A program made the translations under genes and the position numbers. From an uncultured Ruminococcus sp. (GTDB lineage Bacteria; Bacillota; Clostridia; Oscillospirales; CAG-272), in NCBI GenBank assembly GCA_902778145.1, contig CACYWW010000003.1, positions 6,633-70,632 on the forward strand: 64,000 nt of DNA. Direction: 5' to 3'. The notes beneath the pieces were generated by a model, which ran no database searches, was not told the origin of the DNA, and saw only the letters and a program-made list of their open reading frames with translations. Below, one piece after another: positions 63,599-64,000 of this stretch (position 1 is the stretch's first letter; each line of letters starts with the position of its first letter).

Positions 63599-64000
63599 AT
63601 GCGTATAAGAGACGTGGAACGGCTGACGGGGCTGAACAGAAAAGCCGTCCGCCTTTACGAAGCGAAGGGACTGCTCACCGTCGAGCGTTCGGACAACGAT
63701 TACAGAGAGTACGGCGACGAGGACGTCGCGCGACTGCAAAGGATAGCGATGCTCCGCCGCGCCGGCGTATCGATACAGGACATACAGCTCTGGCAGAACG
63801 GCGTGATCTCCGGCACCGAGATGGTAGAAAAGCGCCTGGCGGAGCTGCGCGATGAGGCGGATAACGCCGAAAGCCAGCGTCTGCTCTGTCAAAGGCTCGC
63901 CGAGCTTATAGACGAGCCGGGCTTCGCGGCGGATCCCGCGGCGGGCGCGCTCCTCTGTTCTCTGCCCGAAAGCGGAGACGGCGGGGAGGATCAGGCGGCG
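63599..64000 (+). CDS. MerR family transcriptional regulator (partial, continues beyond window)
   Basis: Hand translation: MRIRDVERLTGLNRKAVRLYEAKGLLTVERSDNDYREYGDEDVARLQRIAMLRRAGVSIQDIQLW.... GGAAGGGGGA SD. The frame stays open to position 64000. Confidence 0.85.
   Translation, partial: MRIRDVERLTGLNRKAVRLYEAKGLLTVERSDNDYREYGDEDVARLQRIAMLRRAGVSIQDIQLWQNGVISGTEMVEKRLAELRDEADNAESQRLLCQRLAELIDEPGFAADPAAGALLCSLPESGDGGEDQAA

Noticed and set aside
1-64000. Scan for CRISPR arrays, IS elements or transposases, integrases, tRNA or rRNA genes and defence-system genes
   Set aside because: I saw no regularly spaced direct repeats, no transposase, integrase, nuclease or helicase-like ORFs, and no tRNA-like cloverleaf candidates in intergenic regions. 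The only nucleotide-level repeats found are short operator-like motifs.

Overview
The window looks like a chromosomal segment of a spore-forming Gram-positive anaerobe (inferred Clostridia-type Firmicute; spot G+C about 53-55% in core genes). No rRNA, tRNA, CRISPR array, transposase or prophage genes were seen. All family names come from motifs read by eye, because no BLAST or HMM search was possible.

**Core, syntenic content**
- 1-11.2 kb (minus strand): a dcw cell-wall/division cluster, mraZ-rsmH-ftsL-PBP-murE-murF-mraY-ftsW-murG-ftsQ. murD is absent from the cluster.
- 11.3-18.5 kb: coaD, rsmD, uvrC and ptsH, then a rimM-trmD operon that unusually continues into an O-antigen-ligase-like gene and two DUF4330-like genes.
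- 18.8-21.6 kb: a DppA-like peptidase, a DUF4091-like protein and a membrane protein.
- 21.7-31 kb: lon, engB, lysA, an M50 protease gene with anomalously low GC, scpA, scpB, ytfI/ytfJ-like genes, a dacB-like gene and rluB.
- 51-64 kb: a GNAT gene, a TPP riboswitch with thiT, an amidase, a TtcA-like gene, a nucleotidyltransferase-GalE fusion, pheST (PheT lacks the OB-fold domain and there is no T-box), ylmH, an MBOAT-DHHW pair and a MerR gene.

**Accessory content (31-51 kb)**
- An operon for a secreted tyrosine-phosphatase lipoprotein and an Ig/CBM-like protein.
- An AT-rich ECF-type sigma factor, translationally coupled to a 1155-aa single-pass membrane protein built from internal repeats.
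- The most interesting locus: a tightly packed seven-gene operon with no ATPase and no regulator. It encodes a roughly 1040-aa solute-binding protein with CBM-like modules, two complete ABC permease pairs, an NHL-propeller/TPR/Yip1 membrane protein and a roughly 1070-aa secreted protein. I know of no characterised counterpart.
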